A DNA stretch of 32,000 bases. Source: Chlamydiota bacterium (GTDB lineage Bacteria > Auribacterota > JACPWU01). The stretch's first letter is position 1; the number at the start of each line of letters is the position of its first letter. The notes under the pieces were generated by a model. The model was not told the origin of the DNA. It saw only the letters and a program-made list of their open reading frames with translations, and ran no database searches. Position numbers and translations under genes: made by a program. Location of the stretch: contig JACPWU010000011.1 of the NCBI GenBank assembly GCA_016196885.1, positions 30,001 to 62,000 on the forward strand. The letters run 5' to 3'. Below, piece after piece: positions 1 through 9,394 of the stretch.

Positions 1-898
<898 letters not shown>

Positions 899-2494
899 TT
901 AAAGAACGACCATCTTTACATCTAAAACATTCTTAACTTTGGACAACTCGGCCAATAAAGGATCCGCAATCGGGCTGTCCACATTCATCACCGTCACTGC
1001 CCGTCCGCCCGCCACATTGCGTCCGACAGTCATCCCTGCGATATTAATATTGTTCTTGCCCAAAAGCGCAGAAACCCCTGCGACCAAACCGGGCTTATCT
1101 TCATTGGATAAAACGAGCAAATAACCTGAGGGAACGGCATCCACATGGTAACCATTCATGCGAACCACACGGGCATCTTTTTTCATACCAAAAAGCGTTC
1201 CCTCGACAGAATACGCTTGTGGCCCTTCCTTTCCGTTGGTCTGGGTTTCAACTTCAATGAGATCCGCAAAATCTTGGGCGACAGAACTCTTGGACTCCAG
1301 AACTTCAATGCCTCGATTTTTCGCCAAGAAAGGCGCGTTCACAAAATTCACAGACTCCTGCATGGCCCGGCCTAAAATTCCCTTGAGAACACTGAGCGTA
1401 ATCGGTTTGACATCCAAATCAGCCACTTGCCCCGCATATCGAATGGAAACCTTCTTCATCGGGGCAGACACCAGTTGTCCCAAAAGAAGTCCCAACTTCT
1501 GTCCCAAATCTAAATAAGGCCCCAATTGTTTCATCACCTCAGGATCCAAAGTGGGTGCGTTTACAGAATTGATGATGACGCCTTTCTTTAAAGCGTGAAT
1601 CACCTGATGCGCCACCTCAAGTGCCACATTCACCTGGGCCTCTTCTGTCGCCGCCCCCAAATGAGGTGTCGCAATCACACGGTCCAATTCCAAAAGCTTG
1701 CAATCCTTGGGAGGTTCTTCCTCGAAAACATCCAAGGCTGCCCCCGCTACCTTTCCAGACTTGATAAATTCACACAAGGCGGCTTCATCCACCACGCCCC
1801 CTCTGGCACAATTAATGACTCTCACCCCTTTTTTCATTTTTTCAAAAGCGGCGGTACTAACTAATTTTTCTGTCTCCCGCGTGAGAGGGACATGAACCGT
1901 AATATAATCGGCCCGGCGGTAAAGCGTATCTAAATCCACCGCCTCGATATCGTACTTGGCTATTTTTTCCGTAGAAATAAAAGGGTCATAAGCAATCACC
2001 TTCATGTTAAAGGCCAACGCCCTCTTAGAAACTTCTAAACCAATTCGACCCAATCCAACAACCCCCAATGTTTTTCCACACAGTTCAACCCCTGTAAATT
2101 TCTTCCGATCCCATTCTCCCTTTTTCACAGACACGTTGGCTTGAGGAATGTTTCTGGAAAGGGCCATCATCATGGAAAAGGTATGCTCACAAGTTGAAAT
2201 GGTATTCCCGCCCGGCGTATTCATCACCACAATGCCACGCTTTGTCGCAGCCTCCACATCCACATTGTCCACCCCCACACCCGCTCGGGCAATCACCTTT
2301 AGACGAGTGCCTTCCTGAATAATTTTTGCGCTCACGTCCGTCTGACTTCGGACAATGATCGCATCATAATCCTTGATGATCTTGCAAATCTCTTCCTCAG
2401 GAAGTCCCACTTTCACATCCACCTGAAAGTCAGATTCGGCTTTTAAAATATCCAGGCCTTTTGAAGACAAAGAATCTGAGATTAGAATTTTCAT
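899..2494 (-). CDS. serA: D-3-phosphoglycerate dehydrogenase (long form with C-terminal regulatory domain)
   Basis: 531-aa ORF with an ATG start. It has the NAD-binding motif GVVGLGRIG, a 2-hydroxyacid dehydrogenase core, and a C-terminal ACT-like region. Confidence 0.92.
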   Translation of the reverse strand: MKILISDSLSSKGLDILKAESDFQVDVKVGLPEEEICKIIKDYDAIIVRSQTDVSAKIIQEGTRLKVIARAGVGVDNVDVEAATKRGIVVMNTPGGNTISTCEHTFSMMMALSRNIPQANVSVKKGEWDRKKFTGVELCGKTLGVVGLGRIGLEVSKRALAFNMKVIAYDPFISTEKIAKYDIEAVDLDTLYRRADYITVHVPLTRETEKLVSTAAFEKMKKGVRVINCARGGVVDEAALCEFIKSGKVAGAALDVFEEEPPKDCKLLELDRVIATPHLGAATEEAQVNVALEVAHQVIHALKKGVIINSVNAPTLDPEVMKQLGPYLDLGQKLGLLLGQLVSAPMKKVSIRYAGQVADLDVKPITLSVLKGILGRAMQESVNFVNAPFLAKNRGIEVLESKSSVAQDFADLIEVETQTNGKEGPQAYSVEGTLFGMKKDARVVRMNGYHVDAVPSGYLLVLSNEDKPGLVAGVSALLGKNNINIAGMTVGRNVAGGRAVTVMNVDSPIADPLLAELSKVKNVLDVKMVVL

Positions 2495-2512
2495 TTATGA
2501 ATCCCCCTCTAA

Positions 2513-2688
2513 CCCGCATTTCTCATCACATTTCTGCTGCGAGCGTCAAGTCTGCCTCGTCTGCGTCGTCAGACTCGGTCGGCCACGCTCAACATACTGC
2601 AAAGTATGCCTCGCATGGCCTCGGTCGTCTTCCTCGCATCCAAGGCAGACTTGACGCTCTCGCGACGAAATCTGATGAGAAATGCGGG
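2513..2688. repeat. 176-bp imperfect long palindrome with structured centre
   Basis: The left arm (2513-2556, cccgcatttctcatcacatttctgctgcgagcgtcaagtctgcc) pairs with the right arm (2644-2688). There are perfect 16-bp and 14-bp blocks. The centre contains a hairpin catact-GCAA-agtatg at 2593-2608. Confidence 0.75.
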
Positions 2689-2695
2689 CTAAACC

Positions 2696-2830
2696 AAAAA
2701 ATCCGAAGCACGAAATCCTAAATTCGAAACAAATCCAAAAACCCAAATCCGAAATTCTAAACTTTCCGATAATTTAAATATTTGAATTTCGAATTTGTTT
2801 CGGATTTCGAATTTCGTACTTCAAATTTAG
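2696..2830. repeat. ~135-bp palindromic dispersed element (TTCGAAA-word family), copy 1
   Basis: It shares these blocks, in the same order and orientation, with 5995-6128: aaattcgaaacaaat, tctaaac, atatttgaattt, gaatttgtttcg, ttcgaatttcgta. The arms are mutually complementary. Confidence 0.8.
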
Positions 2831-2833
2831 TTT

Positions 2834-3979
2834 TTAATGAGTCGTCTCGAAGGTCTGAAGTGCAGCCTGAAGCGCCTTCCCGGGTTCACAAGAAAAACCC
2901 AAATCGTTCAAAGCCCCTTCCACACTGGACAAGGCCGTCAAGACATCAAAGGTATTACAATACCCCAAATGGGCAATTCTAAAAATCTTACCCTTGAGCG
3001 ACCCCTGTCCTCCTGCCACTGTCACGCCATAGCCTTCTCGCAGCCTCTTGACGAAGAGAGAACCATCTATCCCTTGAGGAATTTTTACAGCCGTCACGGC
3101 ATTGGAGGAAACATCCGGGGCATAAAGTTCTAGCCCTAAAGCTCGCACGCCCTCGCGAGTTCTCCTTGCCAAATCGGCATGACGAGCCACTACTTTATCA
3201 ATCCCCTCTTCCCGAATCATTTTCAAAGTCTCTCTCAAGGCCATTAAGAGAGAAACAGGAGGCGTGAAAGGACTTTCAGAGGCCTCTAAGGCTTTGCGGG
3301 CTAATTGAAAACTAAAATAAAAAACCTTTCTGGGATTGGCTTCGACTGTTTTCCAAGCCTTTGGGCTGAGAGAGGCAAAAGCCAAACCGGGCGGCACCAT
3401 CAAGGCCTTTTGAGACGCCCCGATGGCAATATCCACCTGCCATGCGTCCGTTCTTAATTGATCCGCAGCCAATCCACTGATCGCATCCACCACCAAAATT
3501 GCATTCGTCTCTGCCACCACACGGCCCAAGGCTTCAATGTCATGAACCACCCCCGTGGATGTCTCACACAAGGTGGCATAGACAGCCTTAATCTTATGAC
3601 CCGGTTGAGCCAATCTTTGCTGCACGGCTTGGGCATTCACTGCCGTCCCCCATTTCACAGGGACTTCTACAATTTCAATTCCGTAGGCCTTACAAAGATC
3701 CAGAAATCTTTCACCAAATTTTCCACCATTGATAACCAGAGCTTGATCCCCTGGCCCCAAGACATTGACAATCGAAGCCTCCATCGCACCCGTCCCGCTG
3801 GATCCAAAAATAAGAACCTGGTTTGACGTTTGAAAAACCTCTTTTAAACTCTCAGAAATCTCCTTAAAGATTTCTCTAAATTTACCGGTGCGATGATGCA
3901 AAATGGGCCTTGCCATCGCCTCCAAGGCCTGAGGTGGAACCGGTGTCGGCCCCGGGGCAAAAAGATACTCCTTTTTCAT
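2834..3979 (-). CDS. class-V PLP aminotransferase (AGXT / serine-pyruvate / archaeal-type phosphoserine aminotransferase family)
   Basis: 381-aa ORF with an FAPGPTPVP N-terminus and the PLP-lysine context GASQKALMVPPG. It lies next to serA on the same strand. Confidence 0.85.
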   Translation of the reverse strand: MKKEYLFAPGPTPVPPQALEAMARPILHHRTGKFREIFKEISESLKEVFQTSNQVLIFGSSGTGAMEASIVNVLGPGDQALVINGGKFGERFLDLCKAYGIEIVEVPVKWGTAVNAQAVQQRLAQPGHKIKAVYATLCETSTGVVHDIEALGRVVAETNAILVVDAISGLAADQLRTDAWQVDIAIGASQKALMVPPGLAFASLSPKAWKTVEANPRKVFYFSFQLARKALEASESPFTPPVSLLMALRETLKMIREEGIDKVVARHADLARRTREGVRALGLELYAPDVSSNAVTAVKIPQGIDGSLFVKRLREGYGVTVAGGQGSLKGKIFRIAHLGYCNTFDVLTALSSVEGALNDLGFSCEPGKALQAALQTFETTH

Positions 3980-4000
3980 AAATAACCTTTCGATAAAAAG

Positions 4001-4080
4001 AGCGTTTAGCGTATAGCGTTCAGAGTACAGAAAAACAAATCAATTCCTTATAAAACTGTCCGCTGTACGCTGAACGCTCG
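4001..4080. repeat. AGCGTTC-word palindromic element, copy 1 (terminator-like after clpX)
   Basis: 7-mers agcgttt agcgtat agcgttc agagtac (4001-4028) face ctgtccg ctgtacg ctgaacg (4056-4076). The loop aaatcaattccttataaaactg is the reverse complement of the loop in the 19064-19150 copy. On the gene strand the hairpin is followed by CTTTTTA. Confidence 0.8.
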
Positions 4081-5340
4081 TTAAGCAATTCTCTTGTTCA
4101 ATTCATCGCGGAGGATAAGTGTAGGAGGCCCTTTTTTCAAAATAACATCTTCGGTGACCAAACATTCCGCGATGTCCTGTCTGGAAGGAATTTCAAACAT
4201 CATCTCCAACATAATGTCTTCCAAAATGGCCCGCAGCGCACGAGCCCCCGTCCCCTTTTGAATCGCAACCCTTGCCAAAGCCCTCAACGCCCCATCCGTA
4301 AATCTCAAATCCACTCCCTCTAATTTAAAAAGTTTCTGATACTGCTTGACCAAGGCATTTCTAGGTTCCGTCAAAATCCGAATCAACTCCACCTCACTCA
4401 AACCTTCCAACACACCCACCACGGGTAGGCGCCCCACAAATTCTGGAATAATGCCATACTTAATCAAATCCTCCGGCTCCACCATGGAAAGAATATGGTG
4501 ACGGCGTCTTTCTTCCGAAGATTTAATCTGGGCACCAAAGCCAATCACTTTATTCCCCAGCCTTTTCAAAATAATTTTTTCTAAATCCACAAAGGCCCCA
4601 CCGCAAATAAATAAAATGTGGTCCGTATTGATCTGAATGTATTCTTGGTGTGGGTGTTTGCGACCCCCTTGAGGCGGAACGTTGGCCACCGTCCCTTCCA
4701 AAATCTTGAGAAGCGCCTGCTGAACCCCCTCCCCGCTGACGTCTCGGGTAATCGAAACATTTTCCGTCGTTCGGCGAATCTTATCAATTTCATCAATGTA
4801 AACAATGCCCGTCTCGGCCCTCCCTACGTCAAACTGGGAGGTCATGAGAAGTTTCAATAAAATATTTTCCACATCTTCACCCACATAACCCGCCTCTGTC
4901 AGGGTCGTGGCATCCGCCATGCAAAAGGGAACGTCTAAAATTTTAGCCAGCGTTCGAGCCATCAGGGTTTTCCCGCTCCCCGTAGGTCCTATCAGCAAAA
5001 TATTGCTCTTCTCTAATTCCACATCATCGGCCATTTTTACATGATTGCTATTGATTCTCTTATAATGATTGTGAACAGCCACCGACAAAGCCTTCTTGGC
5101 CCGCTCTTGACCTATAATATATTCATCCAATTTCGTCTTGATAAAAAGAGGACCCGGCACCTTCATTTCCGAATGCTCTCTTTTACGGGCAAAGGTGTTG
5201 TCACGGCCCAAAATATCTTCACAGCGTTTCACACACTCATCACATATATAAACGCCGGGGCCCATGATCAGCTTTCGCACCTCTTCCTGACCCTTGCCGC
5301 AAAACGAGCATTCCGAAAGATCACCACCTGGTTTTTTCAT
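4081..5340 (-). CDS. clpX: ATP-dependent Clp protease ATP-binding subunit ClpX
   Basis: 419 aa. It has an N-terminal C4 zinc finger (CSFCGK...CDEC) and the Walker A motif GPTGSGKT. Confidence 0.95.
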   Translation of the reverse strand: MKKPGGDLSECSFCGKGQEEVRKLIMGPGVYICDECVKRCEDILGRDNTFARKREHSEMKVPGPLFIKTKLDEYIIGQERAKKALSVAVHNHYKRINSNHVKMADDVELEKSNILLIGPTGSGKTLMARTLAKILDVPFCMADATTLTEAGYVGEDVENILLKLLMTSQFDVGRAETGIVYIDEIDKIRRTTENVSITRDVSGEGVQQALLKILEGTVANVPPQGGRKHPHQEYIQINTDHILFICGGAFVDLEKIILKRLGNKVIGFGAQIKSSEERRRHHILSMVEPEDLIKYGIIPEFVGRLPVVGVLEGLSEVELIRILTEPRNALVKQYQKLFKLEGVDLRFTDGALRALARVAIQKGTGARALRAILEDIMLEMMFEIPSRQDIAECLVTEDVILKKGPPTLILRDELNKRIA

Positions 5341-5963
5341 GATTTAGAATCTTCCTTGATTCCTTTATGATCCTTGTGATCTAACGAGGTCAGCAAAACC
5401 TTATCCACAAGCCCATAGGCCTTTGCCTCTTCGGCCGACATAAAAAAATCCCGATCCGAATCCTGAACAATTTTTTCCAGAGACTGACCTGTATGGGTGG
5501 AAAGGATTTGATTTAAATCATCTTTCAACCTTAAGATTTCTTTTGCCTGAATGTGAATATCGCTCGCAGCCCCCTGCACCCCTCCCCAAGGCTGATGAAT
5601 CATGATCCGTGCATGGGGAAGCGCATAGCGCTTGCCCTTGGTTCCGGCAGTCAAAAGGACTGCCCCCATGCTGGCCGCCTGCCCCACACAATACGTCGTC
5701 ACGGGACATTTGACAAATCTCATCGTGTCATAAATCGCAAGACCTGCCGTCACAGATCCGCCCGGGCTATTGATGTAAAGATTGATATCTTTATCCGGAT
5801 CCTCCGTCTGCAAAAAAAGCATTTGGGCCACCACCACATTGGACACATTATCATCAATCGGTGTCCCAATAAAAACAATTCGATCCTTCAAAAGCCTCGA
5901 ATAAATATCATAAGCCCTCTCCACACGCCCAGACTGTTCAACCACCATCGGAATCAGCGTCAT
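5337..5963 (-). CDS. clpP: ATP-dependent Clp protease proteolytic subunit
   Basis: 208 aa with the GQAASMGA (Ser) and MIHQP (His) motifs. There is a 4-nt ATGA overlap with clpX. Confidence 0.95.
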   Translation of the reverse strand: MTLIPMVVEQSGRVERAYDIYSRLLKDRIVFIGTPIDDNVSNVVVAQMLFLQTEDPDKDINLYINSPGGSVTAGLAIYDTMRFVKCPVTTYCVGQAASMGAVLLTAGTKGKRYALPHARIMIHQPWGGVQGAASDIHIQAKEILRLKDDLNQILSTHTGQSLEKIVQDSDRDFFMSAEEAKAYGLVDKVLLTSLDHKDHKGIKEDSKS

Positions 5964-5994
5964 TGAGCCTCCAATTTTTTAAATACCCGTCAGG

Positions 5995-6128
5995 ATAAAT
6001 TCGAAATTCGAATATCGAAATTCGAAACAAATTCAAAAAACCAAATTGAAAACTCTAAACGTTTTGACTTTTTAGATATTTGAATTTTGAATTTGTTTCG
6101 TGCTTCGAATTTCGTATTTCGTATTTGT
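5995..6128. repeat. ~135-bp palindromic dispersed element (TTCGAAA-word family), copy 2
   Basis: 7-mers aaattcg aaattcg aatatcg aaattcg are present. A 15-bp perfect stem joins cgaaacaaattcaaa and tttgaatttgtttcg. It shares blocks with 2696-2830. Confidence 0.8.
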
Positions 6129-6134
6129 CTCTCC

Positions 6135-7376
6135 TCACGTTTCTTTTATTATAGCATGTTGAAGAATGAAATCTATCACCTTGTCCTGCATCAACCTCGA
6201 GCGAATCCACTCTAGGCGATGTTCTCGTTCAAGACCCGCTCTCAACTCCTCAGGGCTTTTGCCCATCCCCTTTGCGACCCGTGCAATTTCTTGACTCAAC
6301 TCCTCTTGGGTGATGATGAGATTTTCGTCTTGACTGATCTTATGCAAAAGATAGGCCGCCCGAACTCTTCGCATAGCCTCCACCTCGACATCCTTTTGAA
6401 GCTCTGGCTTCTCTAAACTTTTTGCATCTATCAACCCGCGCTTCGCTTGATCAACCATTTCAGAATAGAGATTCTGCATCTCTGGATGGACTTGCGAAAT
6501 AGGTACATCAAACTGAGCAGCCTCTGAAAGATCCCTCATCACCTTATTTCTCAGTGCTTCTCGAGCCGTCTTCTCTTTATAAGCACGAATGTCCTGGCGA
6601 ACTTTCTCTCTTAAGGCCTCCAACGTCTCCATCTGAAATTCTTTAAAAAAATCCTCATCTAACTCCGGAATCTTTTTCTCTTTAATCTCATTCAGGCAAA
6701 CCGTTAAGTCAAGCCGTGGATGATCTTTTCCAGCCTCTAAAGTCACCTGACGTGTCTGACCTACTTGCATCCCCACCAATCGATCACTCAAAGAATTTTT
6801 TTCCCTCTCGTGAATGGAAATCAAAACATTTTTCCTCTCATCCTTTTTTCCTTTTGAATCTAGAGAGGTGTAATCCACCAACGCATAATCCTCATGATTC
6901 AAAGCCCTCCCAGACACAGGCTGGAAAACGGCATGATGTGCACGAAGTTCATTCATCATCTTTTCAATTTCATCTTCGGCCACCGTCACAGCCTGTCTCT
7001 CTAATTTAAGCCCTTTATATTTTGGTAACTCCACAAGGGGCGAAACATCCACAATGGCCTCAAAATGAATCCCCTTCTCCAAGTCGTATTCGATTTTGTC
7101 CACCACAGGATCTGCCACCGCCTGAATTTTTTCTGACTGCACGGCCTCGCGGCAAGCCTTGGGAAGCAACTCCTTCAAAACCTCGGATTTAATTTCACCC
7201 GCAAAATGGGACTCGACCATTTTCATGGGGGCTTTCCCCTGACGAAATCCAGGAATGCGAGAACGCTCCTGAAATTGAAGAGCTATTTTTTGATGCGCCT
7301 CCTTCACAGCATTCGAAGGCAGGGCAATTTTTAAAAACTTCTGACATGGCTTTTGGTCTTGAACTTCTATTTTCAT
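6135..7376 (-). CDS. tig: trigger factor
   Basis: 413 aa with the ribosome-binding signature GFRQGKAP near the N-terminus. It sits in the canonical tig-clpP-clpX order. Confidence 0.9.
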   Translation of the reverse strand: MKIEVQDQKPCQKFLKIALPSNAVKEAHQKIALQFQERSRIPGFRQGKAPMKMVESHFAGEIKSEVLKELLPKACREAVQSEKIQAVADPVVDKIEYDLEKGIHFEAIVDVSPLVELPKYKGLKLERQAVTVAEDEIEKMMNELRAHHAVFQPVSGRALNHEDYALVDYTSLDSKGKKDERKNVLISIHEREKNSLSDRLVGMQVGQTRQVTLEAGKDHPRLDLTVCLNEIKEKKIPELDEDFFKEFQMETLEALREKVRQDIRAYKEKTAREALRNKVMRDLSEAAQFDVPISQVHPEMQNLYSEMVDQAKRGLIDAKSLEKPELQKDVEVEAMRRVRAAYLLHKISQDENLIITQEELSQEIARVAKGMGKSPEELRAGLEREHRLEWIRSRLMQDKVIDFILQHAIIKET

Positions 7377-7400
7377 TGCTACGACATCCCGTTTTAAAAA

Positions 7401-7763
7401 TTAACTCCCCCAACCCAGCAAGGGAGGCCGCATTGCCAGTGGCAATGCAAAGCCGACCGCGGTAGTAGATGTTTTTTTACATTTCAGGCTGTCCGAAAAC
7501 CAAACAATTCCCCTCCCTCGAAGGGAGGAAACTTTTCGGATAGCCTGAGCTGCCCTCCCCTTTAGTTTAATTTCAATAACCCTTTTGGGGGTCATCGTGT
7601 ACAATGAAAGCCCCGCCCGCCTCTACCTCACCTCGCCTCCCTTATTTTGTAGTCGCCCCATTTATGGGGCTGCCCGATGAATCGGGCGACTACACAAGCT
7701 TGAACGAGAGAAAGGAATCCATCATCCACTTTCATAACAAAGGGGAGACGGAGGGGTTATTAA
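7401..7763. repeat. composite non-coding element bounded by TAACTCCCCC-family termini
   Basis: The left end (ttaactcccccaaccc, 7401-7416) and right end (ggggagacggaggggttattaa, 7742-7763) match the two termini of the compact copies at 21364-21462 and 27749-27819. The interior carries extra hairpins and a nested GTAG element. Confidence 0.55.
7648..7694 (+). repeat. 47-bp GTAG-headed Y-shaped palindromic element (REP-like), copy 1
   Basis: The sequence is tgtagtcgccccatttatggggctgcccgatgaatcgggcgactaca. It has an outer 9-bp stem GTAGTCGCC/GGCGACTAC and two internal 5-bp hairpins. It is the exact reverse complement of 12760-12806. Confidence 0.85.
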
Positions 7764-7787
7764 ATGCTCTTAAAGCCTGTGACCTTC

Positions 7788-7822
7788 CCTTACTTCCAAT
7801 TTGGAGCGGCGGATGGGACTTG
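7788..7822 (-). other. 35-bp duplicate of the tRNA-Gly 3' end plus its downstream flank
   Basis: The sequence ccttacttccaatttggagcggcggatgggacttg is identical at 7788-7822 and 7984-8018. It covers 21 nt of the tRNA 3' end (including CCA) and 14 nt of flank. Confidence 0.85.
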
Positions 7823-7885
7823 GCGCCTACGGGACTCGGCCTTGAGGCCTCGCCCTCCGGTCGGCCACCCGGCCCTCTCAAGGAA

Positions 7886-7914
7886 TAGCTAATCTGCCAC
7901 CGGCAGATTAGCTA
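7886..7914 (+). terminator. perfect 13-bp stem hairpin followed by ATATTTT (plus-strand orientation)
   Basis: The hairpin is tagctaatctgcc-acc-ggcagattagcta, followed by atattttg. No convincing plus-strand gene lies upstream, so its function is uncertain. Confidence 0.3.
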
Positions 7915-7997
7915 ATATTTTGTCGGGCCTCCCTTCAAGTCCTTGCATGCCCACTCAAAGTAAGCGAGCTCCCTCCACATAAGCCTTACTTCCAATT

Positions 7998-8072
7998 TGG
8001 AGCGGCGGATGGGACTTGAACCCACGACATCCTGCTTGGCAAGCAGGCATTCTACCACTGAATTACCGCCGC
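7998..8072 (-). tRNA. tRNA-Gly (anticodon GCC), CCA encoded
   Basis: The reverse complement is GCGGCGGTAATTCAGTGGTAGAATGCCTGCTTGCCAAGCAGGATGTCGTGGGTTCAAGTCCCATCCGCCGCTCCA. It folds as a cloverleaf with anticodon loop TTGCCAA. Confidence 0.93.
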
Positions 8073-8078
8073 GTATCA

Positions 8079-8153
8079 ATTTCGGATTTTAGATTGCGGA
8101 TTTTGGATTTAGGGATCCAAAAAATCTAAAATCCGCAATCTAAAATCCGAAAT
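8079..8153. repeat. perfect 26-bp inverted repeat between tRNA-Gly and tRNA-Lys
   Basis: atttcggattttagattgcggatttt (8079-8104) is exactly complementary to aaaatccgcaatctaaaatccgaaat (8128-8153). The arms are made of 7-mers: atttcgg attttag attgcgg attttgg. Confidence 0.9.
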
Positions 8154-8158
8154 AACTT

Positions 8159-8231
8159 TGCGCCATGTAGGGATCGAACCTACGACCCACTGATTAAGAG
8201 TCAGTTGCTCTACCAACTGAGCTAATGGCGC
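8159..8231 (-). tRNA. tRNA-Lys (anticodon CTT)
   Basis: The reverse complement is GCGCCATTAGCTCAGTTGGTAGAGCAACTGACTCTTAATCAGTGGGTCGTAGGTTCGATCCCTACATGGCGCA. The anticodon loop is CTCTTAA. No CCA is encoded. Confidence 0.93.
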
Positions 8232-8357
8232 TTGTCATTGCCTATGTCAAAGTAAACGGGAAATCACGTTTGAGCAAGGTGAAGATGATATCAAGCCCGT
8301 ATTAAAAAGGGTAGTTGAAATTTTAGTCCTAATTCTTTTATGATGGTTAGACATGAT

Positions 8358-8439
8358 GCCGCGGTGGCGGAATTGGCAGACGCGTAGGATTTAGGATCCT
8401 ATACCGCAAGGTGTGGGGGTTCAAGTCCCTCCCGCGGCA
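8358..8439 (+). tRNA. tRNA-Leu (anticodon TAG), long variable arm
   Basis: The sequence is GCCGCGGTGGCGGAATTGGCAGACGCGTAGGATTTAGGATCCTATACCGCAAGGTGTGGGGGTTCAAGTCCCTCCCGCGGCA. The anticodon loop is TTTAGGA, and it has a class II variable arm. Confidence 0.92.
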
Positions 8440-8687
8440 ATTTCGAAGCCAGGCTTAAAGATTGCGAAAGACTATTTTTCTTTAAGGTGCTTTCACATAA
8501 GAGAAGGACTTGAAAGGAGGCCCGCATCCATTAGCAAGTATGCCGGTGGTAGATTTGCAAGTATAGCGGTAAACGGATCGGATGAATCTGACCCGTATCC
8601 TATTGTAAGGGTTACACCCCAAAATGCTCATTTGTGTTTTCGGCGATTTTGCTCCTCACCGTACGGGTGATATACGGTAAAATCTTG

Positions 8688-9053
8688 TTAAGCCGCCAAG
8701 TTAAATTCTACTGTATCGTATTCCACCACTGGCATTTTCACTGTTCTACCCGACACCTTTGACGTTTTCACTTTAAGGGCACCTGCCTCTTCAAGGAAGA
8801 GAATTACTTTGTTCAGATTCGATACGTCCATTCCGGTAATTTTTGCCAACTCATATACGGATTTCGGTTTGAAGACTAAAACATATTTTAAAATAGGCAA
8901 GTTCAGAACAAAACGGTCAAAATCTTTCTTATTGTCAAAGCTGATTTCAAAATGATGAGTTTTGAATTTAGCTTTTTTTGCATTGCCAAGTGCCTTTTTG
9001 AAATCATCGAGGATTTCATCTGATGTCTTAAAAGATACGATTAGATGTTTCAT
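8688..9053 (-). CDS. putative antitoxin / winged-helix DNA-binding protein (TumA / HVO_A0114-like)
   Basis: 121 aa with a C-terminal HTH-like segment SVYELAKITGMDVSNLNKVILFLEEAGALKV. It has a 4-nt ATGA overlap with the upstream small ORF. The family assignment is from memory. Confidence 0.55.
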   Translation of the reverse strand: MKHLIVSFKTSDEILDDFKKALGNAKKAKFKTHHFEISFDNKKDFDRFVLNLPILKYVLVFKPKSVYELAKITGMDVSNLNKVILFLEEAGALKVKTSKVSGRTVKMPVVEYDTVEFNLAA

Positions 9054-9340
9054 AATTTTACTCCCAAATGTTCTAAAACTAAGGATTTGAAATCTTGAAT
9101 CAGTTTTTCCTCATCGAAATATTCATAAGAAATTTCTCTACTATCTAAATGAACATGGGGTCCCTTGGGATGGTGATTATCCATTAAAACCCGCTTGCCA
9201 CTTTTTGTGTCCGTAAGGATCAAGCCGTATTTAACTCCATCTTTGTATTGAGTTGATTTGCCAACCTGATAAATCTCCATTTCAAGAACATACCGACCCT
9301 GGAGACGAGCCTTATGCCAATAAACCAAGGTGGCTTTCAT
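9050..9340 (-). CDS. putative toxin, TumE (DUF6516)-like
   Basis: 96 aa. The His-rich core DNHHPKGPHVHLD, followed by the tail ..YEY...EKLIQDF, resembles TumE-family proteins as I recall them. It is translationally coupled to the HTH gene. Confidence 0.5.
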   Translation of the reverse strand: MKATLVYWHKARLQGRYVLEMEIYQVGKSTQYKDGVKYGLILTDTKSGKRVLMDNHHPKGPHVHLDSREISYEYFDEEKLIQDFKSLVLEHLGVKL

Positions 9341-9394
9341 ATTGGTTTAATAATACCTATATTAATGGACAATGTCAAACATTAATTTGGACCG

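Noticed and set aside
2461-2746. Two mirror-image ORFs (86 aa on the plus strand, 66 aa on the minus strand) in the serA-aminotransferase spacer
   Set aside because: Both lie entirely within the 176-bp palindrome and the adjacent repeat. Their open frames are a by-product of the inverted symmetry, and the amino-acid composition is not protein-like.
7788-7880. Possible second tRNA, tRNA-Sec or tmRNA-like gene at the duplicated tRNA-Gly 3' end
   Set aside because: Only the last 21 nt match a tRNA. The upstream sequence cannot form a T-arm, anticodon arm or D-arm (GGCC-tcaa-GGCC is a 4-nt loop, not an anticodon loop).
7401-7888. ORFs 7401-7604 (minus strand) and 7604-7888 (plus strand, ending exactly at the 7886-7914 hairpin)
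   Set aside because: They read straight through the dispersed repeats (the GTAG element and the TAACTCCCCC termini) and through the duplicated tRNA fragment. Their composition is Pro/Gly/Ser-rich and they have no RBS. The hairpin plus T-run after the plus-strand ORF is noted as a feature, but I do not accept the CDS.
8413-8670. 85-aa plus-strand ORF
   Set aside because: It starts inside tRNA-Leu and continues through non-coding sequence. It has no recognisable motif.
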